A stretch of DNA of 64,000 nt, from NCBI GenBank assembly GCA_016214845.1, contig JACRMS010000028.1:16070-80069 (forward strand), in the 5' to 3' direction. A program made the position numbers and the translations under genes. The notes beneath the pieces are model-generated. The model saw only the letters and a list, made by a program, of their open reading frames with translations, was not told the origin of the DNA and did not search any database. Shown in pieces: positions 1 to 10,344 of the stretch. Source of the DNA: Nitrospirota bacterium (GTDB lineage: Bacteria > Nitrospirota > Thermodesulfovibrionia > UBA6902). Within the stretch, counting starts at the first letter, position 1. Each line of letters begins with the position of its first letter.

Positions 1-1185
1 CGGTATACCCGTGATGCTCAATGTGGCTATAACGAATACGGCGTAAGTGACTGGCATGTACTTTTTCAGCCCGCCCATCTTCTGCATGTTCTGTTCATTA
101 CCAAGCGCGTGAATGACGCTTCCTGAACCGAGGAAGAGAAGCGCCTTGAAATACGCGTGCGTGTAGAGATGAAATATCCCGGCGGAATAAGCGCCCACGC
201 CGAGGGCCAGGAACATATAGCCTAACTGGCTTACCGTTGAATAAGCGATGACGCGCTTTATGTCATTTTGCACAAGGCCGATAGAGGCCGCGAATATTGA
301 AGTCACACCGCCTACTATCGCCACAGTGTTCATTGCCGTGTGTGAAAGGCTGAAGAGCGGGTTGCAGCGCGCCACTAAAAATACGCCCGCCGTGACCATT
401 GTCGCAGCGTGTATCAACGCGGAGACAGGCGTGGGGCCTTCCATCGCGTCAGGCAGCCAGACGTGAAGCGGCATCTGCGCGGATTTTCCGACAGCGCCGC
501 AGAAAAGCAGGAGGCATATTAATGTTATAAGATCAACGTCGCTGCCGAAGATATTTATTGTCTGCCCCGCAATGCTGCCCGCATCGCTGAAGACCTGTGT
601 GTACTCAAGGCTCCCGTATGTAAGGAAGACGAGTATCACGCCAAGCCCGAACCCGAAGTCTCCGAACCTGTTTACGATGAACGCCTTTTTGCCCGCGTTG
701 GCAGCGGACTTTTTCTCATACCAGAAGCCTATCAGGAAATACGAACACAGTCCGACCGCCTCCCACCCGAAATAAAGGAGCAGGAAATTGTTCGCCATAA
801 CAAGTATGAGCATGGAGAAGACGAACAGGCTCAAGTACGAGAAGAAACGGTAATATCCTTTGTCGCCGTGCATGTAGCCGATGGAATAAATAAAGATCAA
901 AGTGCTGATCGACGTGACGACAATAAGCATTATCGCCGTCAGTTGATCGATGAGAAAGCCGATTGTCACAGTGAAAGTGCCTGATACTATCCAGTTGTAA
1001 ATATTTATATTGATAACATTCCCGGAAGCCACATCCATAAAGGCACTGAGCGCGAGGATAAAGGAAGCCGCAACAGTCGGCACCGCGATCCAGTGCGCCT
1101 TGTCTTTGATGAAGTTTCTGCCAAACAGGATATTGATAATGAACGCGATCAACGGCAGTAACGGTATCAGTATATATTTCAGCAT
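1..1185 (-). CDS. nuoL: NADH-quinone oxidoreductase subunit L (5' part; runs off window start)
   Basis: Read manually: ATG at 1185 after GAGG gives MLKYILIPLLPLIAF..., with later motifs WEAVGLCSYFLIGFW, KKAFIVNRFGD, GKSAQMPLHVWLPDAMEGPTPVSALIHAATMV and DIKRVIAYSTVSQLGYM; follows nuoK. Confidence 0.95.
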   Translation of the reverse strand, partial: MLKYILIPLLPLIAFIINILFGRNFIKDKAHWIAVPTVAASFILALSAFMDVASGNVININIYNWIVSGTFTVTIGFLIDQLTAIMLIVVTSISTLIFIYSIGYMHGDKGYYRFFSYLSLFVFSMLILVMANNFLLLYFGWEAVGLCSYFLIGFWYEKKSAANAGKKAFIVNRFGDFGFGLGVILVFLTYGSLEYTQVFSDAGSIAGQTINIFGSDVDLITLICLLLFCGAVGKSAQMPLHVWLPDAMEGPTPVSALIHAATMVTAGVFLVARCNPLFSLSHTAMNTVAIVGGVTSIFAASIGLVQNDIKRVIAYSTVSQLGYMFLALGVGAYSAGIFHLYTHAYFKALLFLGSGSVIHALGNEQNMQKMGGLKKYMPVTYAVFVIATLSITGIP

Positions 1186-1223
1186 ATGTCTCTTTGCCTC
1201 ATTTTAATGTTCATGCTGTTTCA

Positions 1224-1287
1224 TGTCATGTTTCACTTGTTTCAGCATCTCTTTGTTGATAGACCCTGAAACGAGTTCAGGGTGACA
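1224..1287. repeat. Composite REP-like palindromic element (TGTCA...GCATCT / AGACCCTGAAACGAGTTCAGGGTGACA)
   Basis: Two-hairpin element with related copies at 2805-2866 and 3896-3993. Confidence 0.75.
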
Positions 1288-1325
1288 GTCCGCCAGTCTG
1301 TCCTCTTTGTTCTGTGTTCTGTCAT

Positions 1326-1628
1326 TTACCCTTTCATCAAATTGATCTCATCCACCTTGATAGTGGGGTTGTTCCTGTAAAACGCGATCAGTATCGCCAG
1401 CCCGATCGCGGCCTCGGCAGCCGCGACGGTTATGATGAAAAACACGAGTATCTGCCCTCTCATGGACTGAAGATAATGACTGAACGCCACAAGGCTGATG
1501 TTCACGGAATTCAGCATCAGTTCCAGGGACAGAAATATAAGTATCAAATTACGCCTTGAAAGAAAACCGAACACGCCGATGCTGAACATCACCGCGCTAA
1601 GTAATATGTACCAGCTTAACGGGACCAA
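1326..1628 (-). CDS. nuoK: NADH-quinone oxidoreductase subunit K
   Basis: 100 aa, [16 protein letters not shown] and [12 protein letters not shown] motifs; operon position. Confidence 0.96.
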   Translation of the reverse strand: MVPLSWYILLSAVMFSIGVFGFLSRRNLILIFLSLELMLNSVNISLVAFSHYLQSMRGQILVFFIITVAAAEAAIGLAILIAFYRNNPTIKVDEINLMKG

Positions 1629-1650
1629 TTAAAACCTCCTCATAAAAAAG

Positions 1651-1722
1651 GTAGTCAGTAGTCAGTAGCTGGTAGTCAGGGAAAAAACCGGCCTCCCCCT
1701 TAACTACTAACTACTGACTACT
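1651..1722. repeat. Inverted degenerate heptamer arrays (GTAGTCA)n ... (CTACTRA)n
   Basis: gtagtcagtagtcagtagctggtagtcag followed by taactactaactactgactact. Confidence 0.75.
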
Positions 1723-1731
1723 ATCTACATA

Positions 1732-2247
1732 TTATTCCAGTTTCCTCTTTGCCAAAACTACCGCGCCCACTACTGCTATCAATAAGATCAACGACGCTAT
1801 CTCAAAGGGCAGCAAAAATTCAGAGTATAAGACCTTGCCGACGGTCATCATATGGCCGTCCGATCTTACCGCGTCTATACTGTATGGTCCTAACGGCGGG
1901 ACCACGGTAATCTTGCCGACTATCATAATTAAGAACACCACAAGGACTACGCCGATGCCTATTCCAACAGGCCACTGCTTCTGGAACCTCTTCTCCGTCT
2001 CTTCCTTCCGCAAATTAAGCATCATGATGACAAACAGGAACAGGACAAGTATCGCTCCGGCGTATATTATTATCTGTATGGCGGCCAGAAATTCAGCGTT
2101 CAGGAAAAGGTAAAGCGCCGCGATGTGGGCAAAGAGTATAAGCATATACAAAACGCTGTGGACCGGGTTCTTCCTCGTCACCACCATGAGTGACAATCCT
2201 GTCATCATGACCGCAAAATATACAAAGAACAACTGCGGTGTGCTCAT
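1732..2247 (-). CDS. nuoJ: NADH-quinone oxidoreductase subunit J
   Basis: KNPVHSVL, AEFLAAIQIIIYAGAILVLFLFVIMML, LPFEIASLILL motifs. Confidence 0.96.
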   Translation of the reverse strand: MSTPQLFFVYFAVMMTGLSLMVVTRKNPVHSVLYMLILFAHIAALYLFLNAEFLAAIQIIIYAGAILVLFLFVIMMLNLRKEETEKRFQKQWPVGIGIGVVLVVFLIMIVGKITVVPPLGPYSIDAVRSDGHMMTVGKVLYSEFLLPFEIASLILLIAVVGAVVLAKRKLE

Positions 2248-2810
2248 TGCCGTGTCCTCTCTTCCTCTTTAATTACCTGCTGAGCTCCGAAGTCCACTGC
2301 TTTCGGCCTCCAGAATTTCTCCAGGTACATTTTCCCCTTATCACCTGCCATGTATTTGTCCCAGTTTTCCAAGAGGCGTTCCTTTGTATAATAAAATTCC
2401 TTCCTGGTGTAGCCGGAATATTCAAAGTGGTCGGTAAGCGCGATCGCCCCGAACGGACAGGCCTCCACGCAATACGCGCAGTAAACACATCTCAGTACTT
2501 CTATCTCATATCTGTCCACAACTTTTTTGTGGTTTTCGTCTTCGCTTGTATAAATATGTATGCACTGCGAAGGGCATATTGCAGCGCAGAGGCCGCAGCC
2601 CACGCATTTCTCCTTGCCCGTCTCAGGGTCCTTCACAAGCGCGTGGAGCCCCCTTGAACCGGGGAAAGGCTCCCTCTTCTCCTTTGGATACTGCCTCGTG
2701 ACCGCGGGTGTCACCATATGCTTAAAGGTGAGGGCAAGCCCCTGGAGGATCTCAATGAAAAATACTTTTTTAATGAGTTCGTTGGCTGTCATAATTCTTT
2801 TTATTGTCAT
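2244..2810 (-). CDS. nuoI: NADH-quinone oxidoreductase subunit I (start may be 2792)
   Basis: Two CxxCxxCxxxCP motifs, TRQYPKEK; ATG at 2810 lies inside a repeat element. Confidence 0.95.
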   Translation of the reverse strand: MTIKRIMTANELIKKVFFIEILQGLALTFKHMVTPAVTRQYPKEKREPFPGSRGLHALVKDPETGKEKCVGCGLCAAICPSQCIHIYTSEDENHKKVVDRYEIEVLRCVYCAYCVEACPFGAIALTDHFEYSGYTRKEFYYTKERLLENWDKYMAGDKGKMYLEKFWRPKAVDFGAQQVIKEEERTRQ

Positions 2811-2866
2811 GCCGAACTTGTTTCGGCATCTCTCTTTTAAGACCCTGAAACAAGTTCAGGGTGACA
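2805..2866. repeat. Composite REP-like palindromic element
   Basis: tgtcatgccgaacttgtttcggcatct...agaccctgaaacaagttcagggtgaca. Confidence 0.8.
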
Positions 2867-2889
2867 TCATTAAATTTTGTTGCACCTTC

Positions 2890-3870
2890 CTATTTCCATA
2901 AAATTTTTATCAACCCCGTCACCACTACGTTCGCCAATGCCAGAGGTATAAATAACTTCCACCCGAGGCTCATTAGCTGGTCATATCTGTATCTTGGCAA
3001 GGTAGCCCTTATCCAGAAATAGATAAATATACAGCCGTAGATCTTCAGCAAAAGCCAGACGATCTTCGGGACACCGGCGAATATTCCAGAATCAGGGCCG
3101 TTCCATCCGCCCAAAAAGCAGATGGTGCCCAGCGCCGACATAATGAACATCCCCGCGTATTCAGCCATAAAGAACAGGCCGAAGCGCATCCCGCTGTATT
3201 CCGTGGCATAGCCCGCAACAAGCTCGGTCTCTGCCTCCGGCAGGTCAAAGGGCGCCCTGTTCGTCTCGGCAATTGCCGACATGACGAATATTAAACATGC
3301 AACCGGCTGTGAAAAGATAAACCAGTGCCCGCCGGACTGCGCACTGACTATATCCGAAAGGTTCGCGCTGCTCGACATCATCATGATGCCGACGAGGCTC
3401 AACCCCATAGAAATTTCGTAGCTGATGACCTGCGCCGATGAGCGCAAACCGCCAAGGAACGAATACTTTGAATTGGACGCCCATCCGGCAAGTATGACGC
3501 TGTAGGCGCCGATAGATGAAAGCGCCAGCATATATAAAATTCCGATATTAAGATTGGCAATTGAAAAATTCTTCCATAACGGTATGACCGCAAGCGAAGA
3601 CACTGCGGAAATCACTCCGATGACAGGGGCTATATAGAATATCGGCTTGTCCGCGTTTGCGGGAATGATGTCTTCCTTAAAGAACAGTTTCAGAAAGTCC
3701 GCAATCGGCTGAAGCAGCCCGTGCCAGCCTACCCTCATGGGCCCGAGCCGGGCCTGCATATGGCCGATGACCTTCCTCTCGAAATACACAACATACGCCA
3801 CATGAAGCAAAAGCACATTGACCGCTATAAATGTCTTCAGGAATATCCAGAACATGTCCGTCATTGTCAT
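2890..3870 (-). CDS. nuoH: NADH-quinone oxidoreductase subunit H
   Basis: ERKVIGHMQARLGP, AETNRAPFDLPEAETELVAGY, RATLPRYRYDQLM motifs. Confidence 0.97.
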   Translation of the reverse strand: MTMTDMFWIFLKTFIAVNVLLLHVAYVVYFERKVIGHMQARLGPMRVGWHGLLQPIADFLKLFFKEDIIPANADKPIFYIAPVIGVISAVSSLAVIPLWKNFSIANLNIGILYMLALSSIGAYSVILAGWASNSKYSFLGGLRSSAQVISYEISMGLSLVGIMMMSSSANLSDIVSAQSGGHWFIFSQPVACLIFVMSAIAETNRAPFDLPEAETELVAGYATEYSGMRFGLFFMAEYAGMFIMSALGTICFLGGWNGPDSGIFAGVPKIVWLLLKIYGCIFIYFWIRATLPRYRYDQLMSLGWKLFIPLALANVVVTGLIKILWK

Positions 3871-3895
3871 AGTTTTTTACCTAATTTCTGTTTTC

Positions 3896-3993
3896 TGTCA
3901 CCCTGAACCTTGTGCTGAACTTGATTCAGTATTGTTTCAGGGTCTCATGATTAACTTCTTCTGCATAGATGCTGAAATAAATTCAGCATGACA
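3896..3993. repeat. Composite REP-like palindromic element
   Basis: tgtcaccctgaac...tttcagggtct...gatgctgaaataaattcagcatgaca. Confidence 0.75.
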
Positions 3994-4025
3994 TTTTGCA
4001 TCCATTATAACTTTTAAAAAAACTT

Positions 4026-6590
4026 TTACAATTTTTTTATCTTTACCTCGCAGCCCTCGATGCCGGGGGCCTTTGTTACTTTATCAATATTGCAGGTCAT
4101 TAAACTGAAAACTCCGCCGCCCTGAAAATTGTTGCTGAAATAAACCCTGTTGTCCTTAATTGAGTCATCAATGGAAACGGCCGCCTCCCTGCTTCCTGTC
4201 TGGGTGAAGAACTGCACCCTGTCACCTTCATTCAAACCCAGCCTTTCGGCGCTCTTCGCTCCGACCTTCAGGGCCGGCTCTGGATATATTTTCAGAAGTG
4301 CCGGCGACCTTCTTGAAAGCGTGCCTGAATGATACAGCGGTTTTTCAACCGACAGGTAGAAGTCTTCTTTATATTGATTTGAGGCATAGGACGCCTCAGG
4401 CACTTCACTTGTCTCTCCTCTGAGAGGCTCTCCGAGATAAGGCCATAAAGAGTTTCCCAGGCTTATTTCACGGTATGTCAGATCGCGGTAAAGAGGAGAG
4501 ACCTTTGCCATCTCATCCATGATGTCCTTTGGTTCCAAGTATTCCATTTTGTATCCCATTTTATTAGATACCTCGGAGACGATCCTCCAGTCTTCCATGC
4601 CGTGCGATACCTCCACCGCTTTTTTCTGCAACTGGATCCTGCGTTCGAGGTTTGTGTATGTGCCTGTCTTCTCCGTCCATCCCAGGGCGGGTAAAACCAC
4701 ATCGGCGATCTCCGCGGTCTCGGTAAGAAAGATGTCCTGCACCACAAGGAAATCGAGCGCCTTCAGGGAATCTTTTATAGAAGACCTGCCCGGAAGATTG
4801 AACACGGGATTCTCTCCCATGATATATAAGGCTTTTATTTTCTTGTCCCTCGCGCCTGCGATGATCTCAAAGAGGGTCATGCCGTCATCAGCAGGGACAG
4901 CTCCGTTCCATGCGTCTTCAAATTTTCTCTTGAAGTCATGGATACTGAGCGGCCTTCCGCCGGGGAGCATGTCGGGAACACATCCCGCGTCAATGAGTCC
5001 CTGCTCGTTGGGTTTTTCAGAGAGAAGATACAGCCTCGCCTCAAGTAAATATGTAAGTCCGGCAATGGCGAAAAGCGCCCTGTGCCCGTCTGTGCGCTGC
5101 ATAATATCCATACCCAGGACAATGGATGTGGAAGGGCTGTTCAGAAGTATGTTTTTAAGTTCATCGAAGCCCTGAACGTTTTTATTCCCGGCTGACTTTT
5201 CAGAAAGCATCCTGATCCCTTTGTCTACGGCTGAGATCTCGCCGCGCACACCCTTGGCATGAGAGAGCTCAACTAAGAGGGCGTCAAGCACATCGGCTTC
5301 CTTAAACACATCTGGGACCAATTGAAGGGTCTTGAATCTCTCAAGCCCTTTTGCGTTGCCGAGTACGATAATCTTCGCGCCTCTCCTTGCAGCCTCCCTG
5401 ATGGAAAGGCCGAGTATCGGATTGACAGCGGTAGGATCGCCACCGAGCACTAAGATGGTCTCTGAATTTTTCAGTCCCTCTATGATATTGGCTGTTATGC
5501 CCTGGCCTAACACGTCTTCAAAATATTTCTGCGCTGCCGCGAATCCCGTCCTTGATATCGAATCGATATTGTTTGTGCCGCAAGCCATGCGCATGAATTT
5601 CTGGAACACATAGTTGTCTTCATTTGAGCATCTCGGCGAGGCGATGCCCGCGATGGCAGTACCGCCGTCCGCTTGTTTGATCTTTGTCAGTCTGTCGGCG
5701 ATAAGGGACAATGCCTCGCTCCAGGTGCTTTCCTCAAGCTTGCCGTTCTTTCTGACAAGAGGGGTCTTAAGCCTGTCAGGGCTGTTTATGTATTCGTAGC
5801 CGAACCTGCCCCTTGAGCAGAGAAGGCCCTTGTTTAATCCAAAACCGATTTTGGGTATCACGCGCTTAATGGATTCATCTCTCACCTGCACCACAAGGGA
5901 GCACCCGACGCCGCAGTATGAACAGACCGTCTCCACTTCCCTGTCCACCTGCCACGGCCTGAAGCTGTGAATGTAGAGGCGGCTGAGTATCGCGCCAACG
6001 GGACAGACCGTCAGGCAGTTGCCGCAGTATTCGCAGTTAAATGAGGCCGAAGAAAAAGGCTCCATCCTCGAATGTCCGGCCCTCCCCATAATTGAAATAG
6101 CGGAAGCGCCCTGAACGTCGCTGCACATCCTGACGCATCGTGTGCAGACAACGCACCTCTCCATGTTCCTGGCGAGTATCTGGTCCTTGTGGCTTTCCGG
6201 GACCCTCCGTTTTTCTTCCTTGAACCTGCCCACCGTAGGCCCGTATTTTTTCACGAGGTCCTGCAGCTCGCACTCTCCAGCCTTGTCGCAGTAAGGGCAG
6301 TCCAGCGGATGATTGATGAGCAGAAATTCCAGTATCCCGCGCCTCACCCTGGAGATTGTCTCGGACTCCGTCCTTACGATCATGCCGTCAGCAGCGGTCA
6401 GGGTGCACGCGGTCTGAAGCCTCGGCATCCTCTCAACCTCCACCACGCAAAGCCTGCACCCTCCGAAGGGTTTCACAGCCTCGTGGTAGCAGAGGGTGGG
6501 GATCTTTATCCCCGCCTGCTTCGCCGCTTCAAGCACGGTCACCGGTTTTTCCAGTGTGATCTCTTTGTCGTTTATGGTCAGTGTTATCAT
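4026..6590 (-). CDS. nuoG: NADH-quinone oxidoreductase subunit G (long FDH-alpha-like form)
   Basis: IPTLCYH...GGCRLC, HPLDCPYCDKAGECELQ, CVVCTRCVRMC/CEYCGNCLTVCP, CSYCGVGC...LC; lies between nuoF and nuoH. Confidence 0.93.
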   Translation of the reverse strand: MITLTINDKEITLEKPVTVLEAAKQAGIKIPTLCYHEAVKPFGGCRLCVVEVERMPRLQTACTLTAADGMIVRTESETISRVRRGILEFLLINHPLDCPYCDKAGECELQDLVKKYGPTVGRFKEEKRRVPESHKDQILARNMERCVVCTRCVRMCSDVQGASAISIMGRAGHSRMEPFSSASFNCEYCGNCLTVCPVGAILSRLYIHSFRPWQVDREVETVCSYCGVGCSLVVQVRDESIKRVIPKIGFGLNKGLLCSRGRFGYEYINSPDRLKTPLVRKNGKLEESTWSEALSLIADRLTKIKQADGGTAIAGIASPRCSNEDNYVFQKFMRMACGTNNIDSISRTGFAAAQKYFEDVLGQGITANIIEGLKNSETILVLGGDPTAVNPILGLSIREAARRGAKIIVLGNAKGLERFKTLQLVPDVFKEADVLDALLVELSHAKGVRGEISAVDKGIRMLSEKSAGNKNVQGFDELKNILLNSPSTSIVLGMDIMQRTDGHRALFAIAGLTYLLEARLYLLSEKPNEQGLIDAGCVPDMLPGGRPLSIHDFKRKFEDAWNGAVPADDGMTLFEIIAGARDKKIKALYIMGENPVFNLPGRSSIKDSLKALDFLVVQDIFLTETAEIADVVLPALGWTEKTGTYTNLERRIQLQKKAVEVSHGMEDWRIVSEVSNKMGYKMEYLEPKDIMDEMAKVSPLYRDLTYREISLGNSLWPYLGEPLRGETSEVPEASYASNQYKEDFYLSVEKPLYHSGTLSRRSPALLKIYPEPALKVGAKSAERLGLNEGDRVQFFTQTGSREAAVSIDDSIKDNRVYFSNNFQGGGVFSLMTCNIDKVTKAPGIEGCEVKIKKL

Positions 6591-6616
6591 AATTAGTTTA
6601 TAAATTCCATTTTGTC

Positions 6617-6692
6617 TGTCATTCCGGCAGTCCTTAAGCCGGAATCTATTTTTTATTCTCTGGATTCCCGCTCAACAGACTGCGGGAATGAC
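6617..6692. repeat. REP-like element TGTCATTCC...GGAATC / GATTCCCGC...GCGGGAATGAC
   Basis: Two facing hairpins; related copy at 22276-22344. Confidence 0.75.
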
Positions 6693-6706
6693 GCAAAGAA
6701 TAAATT

Positions 6707-7969
6707 CTAACTGACAAATTCACATTTCCCGTTTTTTATATGTTCCTCAAATTCATTCCTGAAATATTTCAACATGCCTGTAACAACTCCCGCGGCCCCG
6801 TCTCCAAGGGGACAAAAGGTCTTGCCTGACATTATCCATGTGACATCGGTCAGCAGTTCAATGTCCCCTTCCCTTCCCTGCCCGTTCTCTATACGGTGAA
6901 GAATTTTTCTGAGCCATTCTGTTCCTTCCCTGCAAGGGACGCATTTGCCGCATGATTCATGTTCAAAGAATTTCAGCGCCCTGTATGTAACCTTGACCAT
7001 GCACACGGACTCATCAAGGACAATTACCGCGCCTGAGCCAAGCATACTCCCGGCCTTTTGCATCGCGACAAAGTCCATCGCGCAATCTATGTTTGCGGCG
7101 GGCAGCACCGGCGTGGAAATTCCGCCCGGTATCACGGCCTTCAATTTCTTTCCGTTCCTGATTCCCCCGGCGTGTTTGTAAATAATGTCCTTCAGGCTTG
7201 TGCCCATCGGAAGTTCGTATACCCCCGGTTTCTCAACGCAGCCGCTTACACTGTATAACTTTGGCCCCGGGCAGTCTTTGCTTCCTATCTTTGAATAGGC
7301 TTCCCCGCCTATCTCAAGAACGTATGGAAGATTGGAGAGCGTCTCAACATTATTGACGATTGTCGGCATGTTCCACGCGCCGACATTCACCGGAAACGGA
7401 GGCTTGTTCCTCGGCTGTCCTTTCCTGCCCTCGATGGATTCAATCAGCGCGGTCTCTTCTCCGCAGATATACGCGCCTGCCCCCTGGTAAACGCCAAGGT
7501 GGAACCTCTTTCCTTTACCGAGGATGTTGTCGCCTAAATAATTCTTTTCATATGCCTGCTGTATCGCTTTTTTGAGGACGTCTTTCGCGTAAGGGTACTC
7601 GCCCCTGATATATATATATCCGTATTCAGAGCCGAGCGTGTATCCTGAGATCGTCATGCCCTCTATCAGGAGGTGCGGATTTTTTTCGAGTATCGGACGG
7701 TCCTTGAATGTGCCCGGTTCGCCCTCGTCGGCATTGCATAAAAGATATTTCGGGAATTTCGGGTCCGCCATTGCGAAACTCCATTTCATGCCGGTCGGGA
7801 AACCTGCGCCGCCCCTTCCCCTGAGCCCCGCCTTCTTTACTTCTTCGAGTATGTCCTTTGGCTGCATATAAAGGGCCTTGGATAAATTCCTGTATCCGCC
7901 GACCTTGACGTATTCGTCCACGTCGGCTGAGTTGGGGTTTTCAATGTTCTTTAATAAAAATTTTTCCAT
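6707..7969 (-). CDS. nuoF: NADH-quinone oxidoreductase subunit F
   Basis: GRGGAGFPTGMKW, NADEGEPGTFKDR, GAGAYICGEETAL, ESCGKCVPCREG. Confidence 0.97.
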   Translation of the reverse strand: MEKFLLKNIENPNSADVDEYVKVGGYRNLSKALYMQPKDILEEVKKAGLRGRGGAGFPTGMKWSFAMADPKFPKYLLCNADEGEPGTFKDRPILEKNPHLLIEGMTISGYTLGSEYGYIYIRGEYPYAKDVLKKAIQQAYEKNYLGDNILGKGKRFHLGVYQGAGAYICGEETALIESIEGRKGQPRNKPPFPVNVGAWNMPTIVNNVETLSNLPYVLEIGGEAYSKIGSKDCPGPKLYSVSGCVEKPGVYELPMGTSLKDIIYKHAGGIRNGKKLKAVIPGGISTPVLPAANIDCAMDFVAMQKAGSMLGSGAVIVLDESVCMVKVTYRALKFFEHESCGKCVPCREGTEWLRKILHRIENGQGREGDIELLTDVTWIMSGKTFCPLGDGAAGVVTGMLKYFRNEFEEHIKNGKCEFVS

Positions 7970-7974
7970 TGTCC

Positions 7975-8439
7975 CTATTTATATTTCCCTAAGACTTCTT
8001 CTATCCTCTGTTCAGAGAGGTTGTCGTAGAAATCAGTGTCGACAAGCATCGCAGGCGCGGTGCCGCAGGCGCCTATGCATTCCATTATCACAAGTGAAAA
8101 CCTGCCGTCCTGGCTTATGCCGCCCGGCTGGACACCGTATTTATTGCCGATGAAATCCACCAGTTTTTCCGCGCCCAGGACCATGCACGAAATGTTTGTG
8201 CAGAGCTGTATCACGTGGCGTCCCACCGGCTTGTTCTTGAACATCGCGTAAAAGGACGCTGTCCCTCTGACCTCAGCCTCAGGCAGGTTCAGTGCCTTTG
8301 AAACGCACAGCATGGCCTCATGGCTGAGCCATCCGAATTCCCTCTGCGCGATATAAAGCGACGGCAGGAGCGCGCTCCTCCGGTCAGGATATTTCACCCT
8401 TATATCGTTGATCTCTTTTAAAACAGTTTCGTTAAACAT
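7975..8439 (-). CDS. nuoE: NADH-quinone oxidoreductase subunit E
   Basis: ASFYAMF, CTNISC and CIGAC [2Fe-2S] ligands. Confidence 0.96.
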   Translation of the reverse strand: MFNETVLKEINDIRVKYPDRRSALLPSLYIAQREFGWLSHEAMLCVSKALNLPEAEVRGTASFYAMFKNKPVGRHVIQLCTNISCMVLGAEKLVDFIGNKYGVQPGGISQDGRFSLVIMECIGACGTAPAMLVDTDFYDNLSEQRIEEVLGKYK

Positions 8440-8448
8440 AGTTAAAAA

Positions 8449-8518
8449 TGGGGTTGGGGGTTAGGGATCGGGGATTAGTTTTTTTAACTAACCCCTAATC
8501 CCCAGTCCCTGATCCCTT
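8449..8518. repeat. Inverted degenerate heptamer arrays (GGGATYR)n ... (YRATCCC)n
   Basis: ggggttgggggttagggatcggggattag ... ctaacccctaatccccagtccctgatccct. Confidence 0.75.
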
Positions 8519-8521
8519 CCT

Positions 8522-9739
8522 TTACCTGTCACACTCTCCGAGCACTATATCTATGCTCCCGATATTCGCTATTATGTCCGCGATAAGCTCTCCTTCACAG
8601 AGCTTGGGCAATGCCGAAACATGCACAAAGGAAGGGGACCTTACCCTCATGCGGTATGGTTTACCCGTGCCGTCGCTTACAAAATAAAATCCGAGTTCAC
8701 CCTTCGGGACTTCTGTAGCGACGTAAATCTCTCCCTCAGGCGCTGTCTGCGGCCCTTTTGTTATAAGCACAAAATGGTGAATAAGATGTTCCATGTCTGT
8801 AAGGACCTTGTCCTTCGCAGGCAAAATAAATTTCGGGGCGTCAGCCATGATAGGCCCTTCAGGCAGCATCTCTATGCACTGCCGTATGATCGAATTTGAC
8901 TGGCGGAACTCGTCCATCCTTACCCGGTAACGGTCGTAGATGTCGCCGTTCTTGCCCACGGGCACTTCCCATTTCACCTTGTCATACGCCCCGTAAGGCA
9001 TTACTTTTCTAATATCGTAGGGGACACCGGAACCTCTTAAAGCAGGCCCGCTCAAGCCCCAGTTAATTGCCTCCTCAGCGGAGATAACTCCGACTCCTTT
9101 TGTGCGGCGCAGCCATATGCGGTTTTTGTTAATAAGGGTCTCGTACTGGTCCACCCTCATGGGAAACTCGGCGGTAAATTTATAAAGGTCGTCAAGCCAT
9201 TGGGGATCGACATCGTTCTTCAGCCCGCCGATCCTTGGATAGCTAACCGTGAGCCTCGCGCCGCAAAGCCTTTCAAACAGATCGAGTATCTTTTCTCTTT
9301 CTCTGAAACAGTAGAGGAATACCGTCATCGCGCCGATGTCAAGGGCGTGGGTGGCAAGCCACAGGAGATGGTTTGCGATACGGCTCATCTCGCCCACAAT
9401 AGTCCTTATGAATTTTGTCCTCTCCGTCAGTTCAATGCCGAACAATTTTTCCACCGCCTCGCAGTAACCGATGTTGTTTGACATTGAAGATATGTAATCA
9501 AGGCGGTCGGTGAGCGGCATTATCTGGAGGTAATTTCTGTGCTCCGCGAGTTTCTCAACGCCCCTGTGAAGATACCCGACATACGGAGTGCACTTGACGA
9601 TGGTCTCTCCGTCAAGGTCCAGAACAATCCTCAAAACGCCGTGAGTGGCCGGGTGTTGGGGCCCTAATTGCAGGGTCAGCTCCTTCGTAGCCAGCCGGAC
9701 GCTTTCTGTGTTGTTTAAAACTTCGCTATTGTTTTTCAT
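8522..9739 (-). CDS. nuoD: NADH-quinone oxidoreductase subunit D
   Basis: [34 protein letters not shown]. Confidence 0.97.
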   Translation of the reverse strand: MKNNSEVLNNTESVRLATKELTLQLGPQHPATHGVLRIVLDLDGETIVKCTPYVGYLHRGVEKLAEHRNYLQIMPLTDRLDYISSMSNNIGYCEAVEKLFGIELTERTKFIRTIVGEMSRIANHLLWLATHALDIGAMTVFLYCFREREKILDLFERLCGARLTVSYPRIGGLKNDVDPQWLDDLYKFTAEFPMRVDQYETLINKNRIWLRRTKGVGVISAEEAINWGLSGPALRGSGVPYDIRKVMPYGAYDKVKWEVPVGKNGDIYDRYRVRMDEFRQSNSIIRQCIEMLPEGPIMADAPKFILPAKDKVLTDMEHLIHHFVLITKGPQTAPEGEIYVATEVPKGELGFYFVSDGTGKPYRMRVRSPSFVHVSALPKLCEGELIADIIANIGSIDIVLGECDR

Positions 9740-9811
9740 GGCACAGATTGAGTATCAAATTATAATTTTAAAATTAAGAAACCCGTTTAATTCAGTTTAA
9801 GAAACTGTGTA

Positions 9812-10342
9812 TTACGAAATACTCCACTCTTTGTCATGAGTGTGCAACTCTTTCAGCTCTTCAAATCCCCTGTACTCCACGCCTTCTTTCCCCTTCAAAG
9901 GATAATCTTTCCTGAGAGGGAACCCTTCCCAGTCATCAGGCATCAGTATGCGCCGCAGATCAGGGTGCCCGTTAAAAATAATCCCGAACATGTCGCAGGC
10001 CTCTCTCTCATGCCAGTTGGCGCCGTTCCAGATCGGCACAACGCTGTCAACGGTTGGGTTGTCTTCCGGTATCAGGGCCTTCAGAATGATCCTGTGATTA
10101 TGTTTTATGGAATAAAGGTTGTAAATCACTTCAAAACGAAATTTCTTGTCCGGGTAATCAACGCCGCACAGGTCAGCTAAAAAATTCATACTGACATCAG
10201 GGTCTTCATAAAGGTAGCGGCATATGTCAGTGGTCCTTTCCGACTTTACGCTTACAAAGACCTGGTCCCTGAAGCTCGTGATGTCCACGACATCAAGCGG
10301 GAATTTTTCTCTGATCTTATTTGCTATATCTAATGGTTCCAT
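9812..10342 (-). CDS. nuoC: NADH-quinone oxidoreductase subunit C
   Basis: GANWHEREACDMFGIIFNGHPDLRRILMP..W.GFPLRKDYPL. Confidence 0.97.
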   Translation of the reverse strand: MEPLDIANKIREKFPLDVVDITSFRDQVFVSVKSERTTDICRYLYEDPDVSMNFLADLCGVDYPDKKFRFEVIYNLYSIKHNHRIILKALIPEDNPTVDSVVPIWNGANWHEREACDMFGIIFNGHPDLRRILMPDDWEGFPLRKDYPLKGKEGVEYRGFEELKELHTHDKEWSIS

Positions 10343-10344
10343 TT

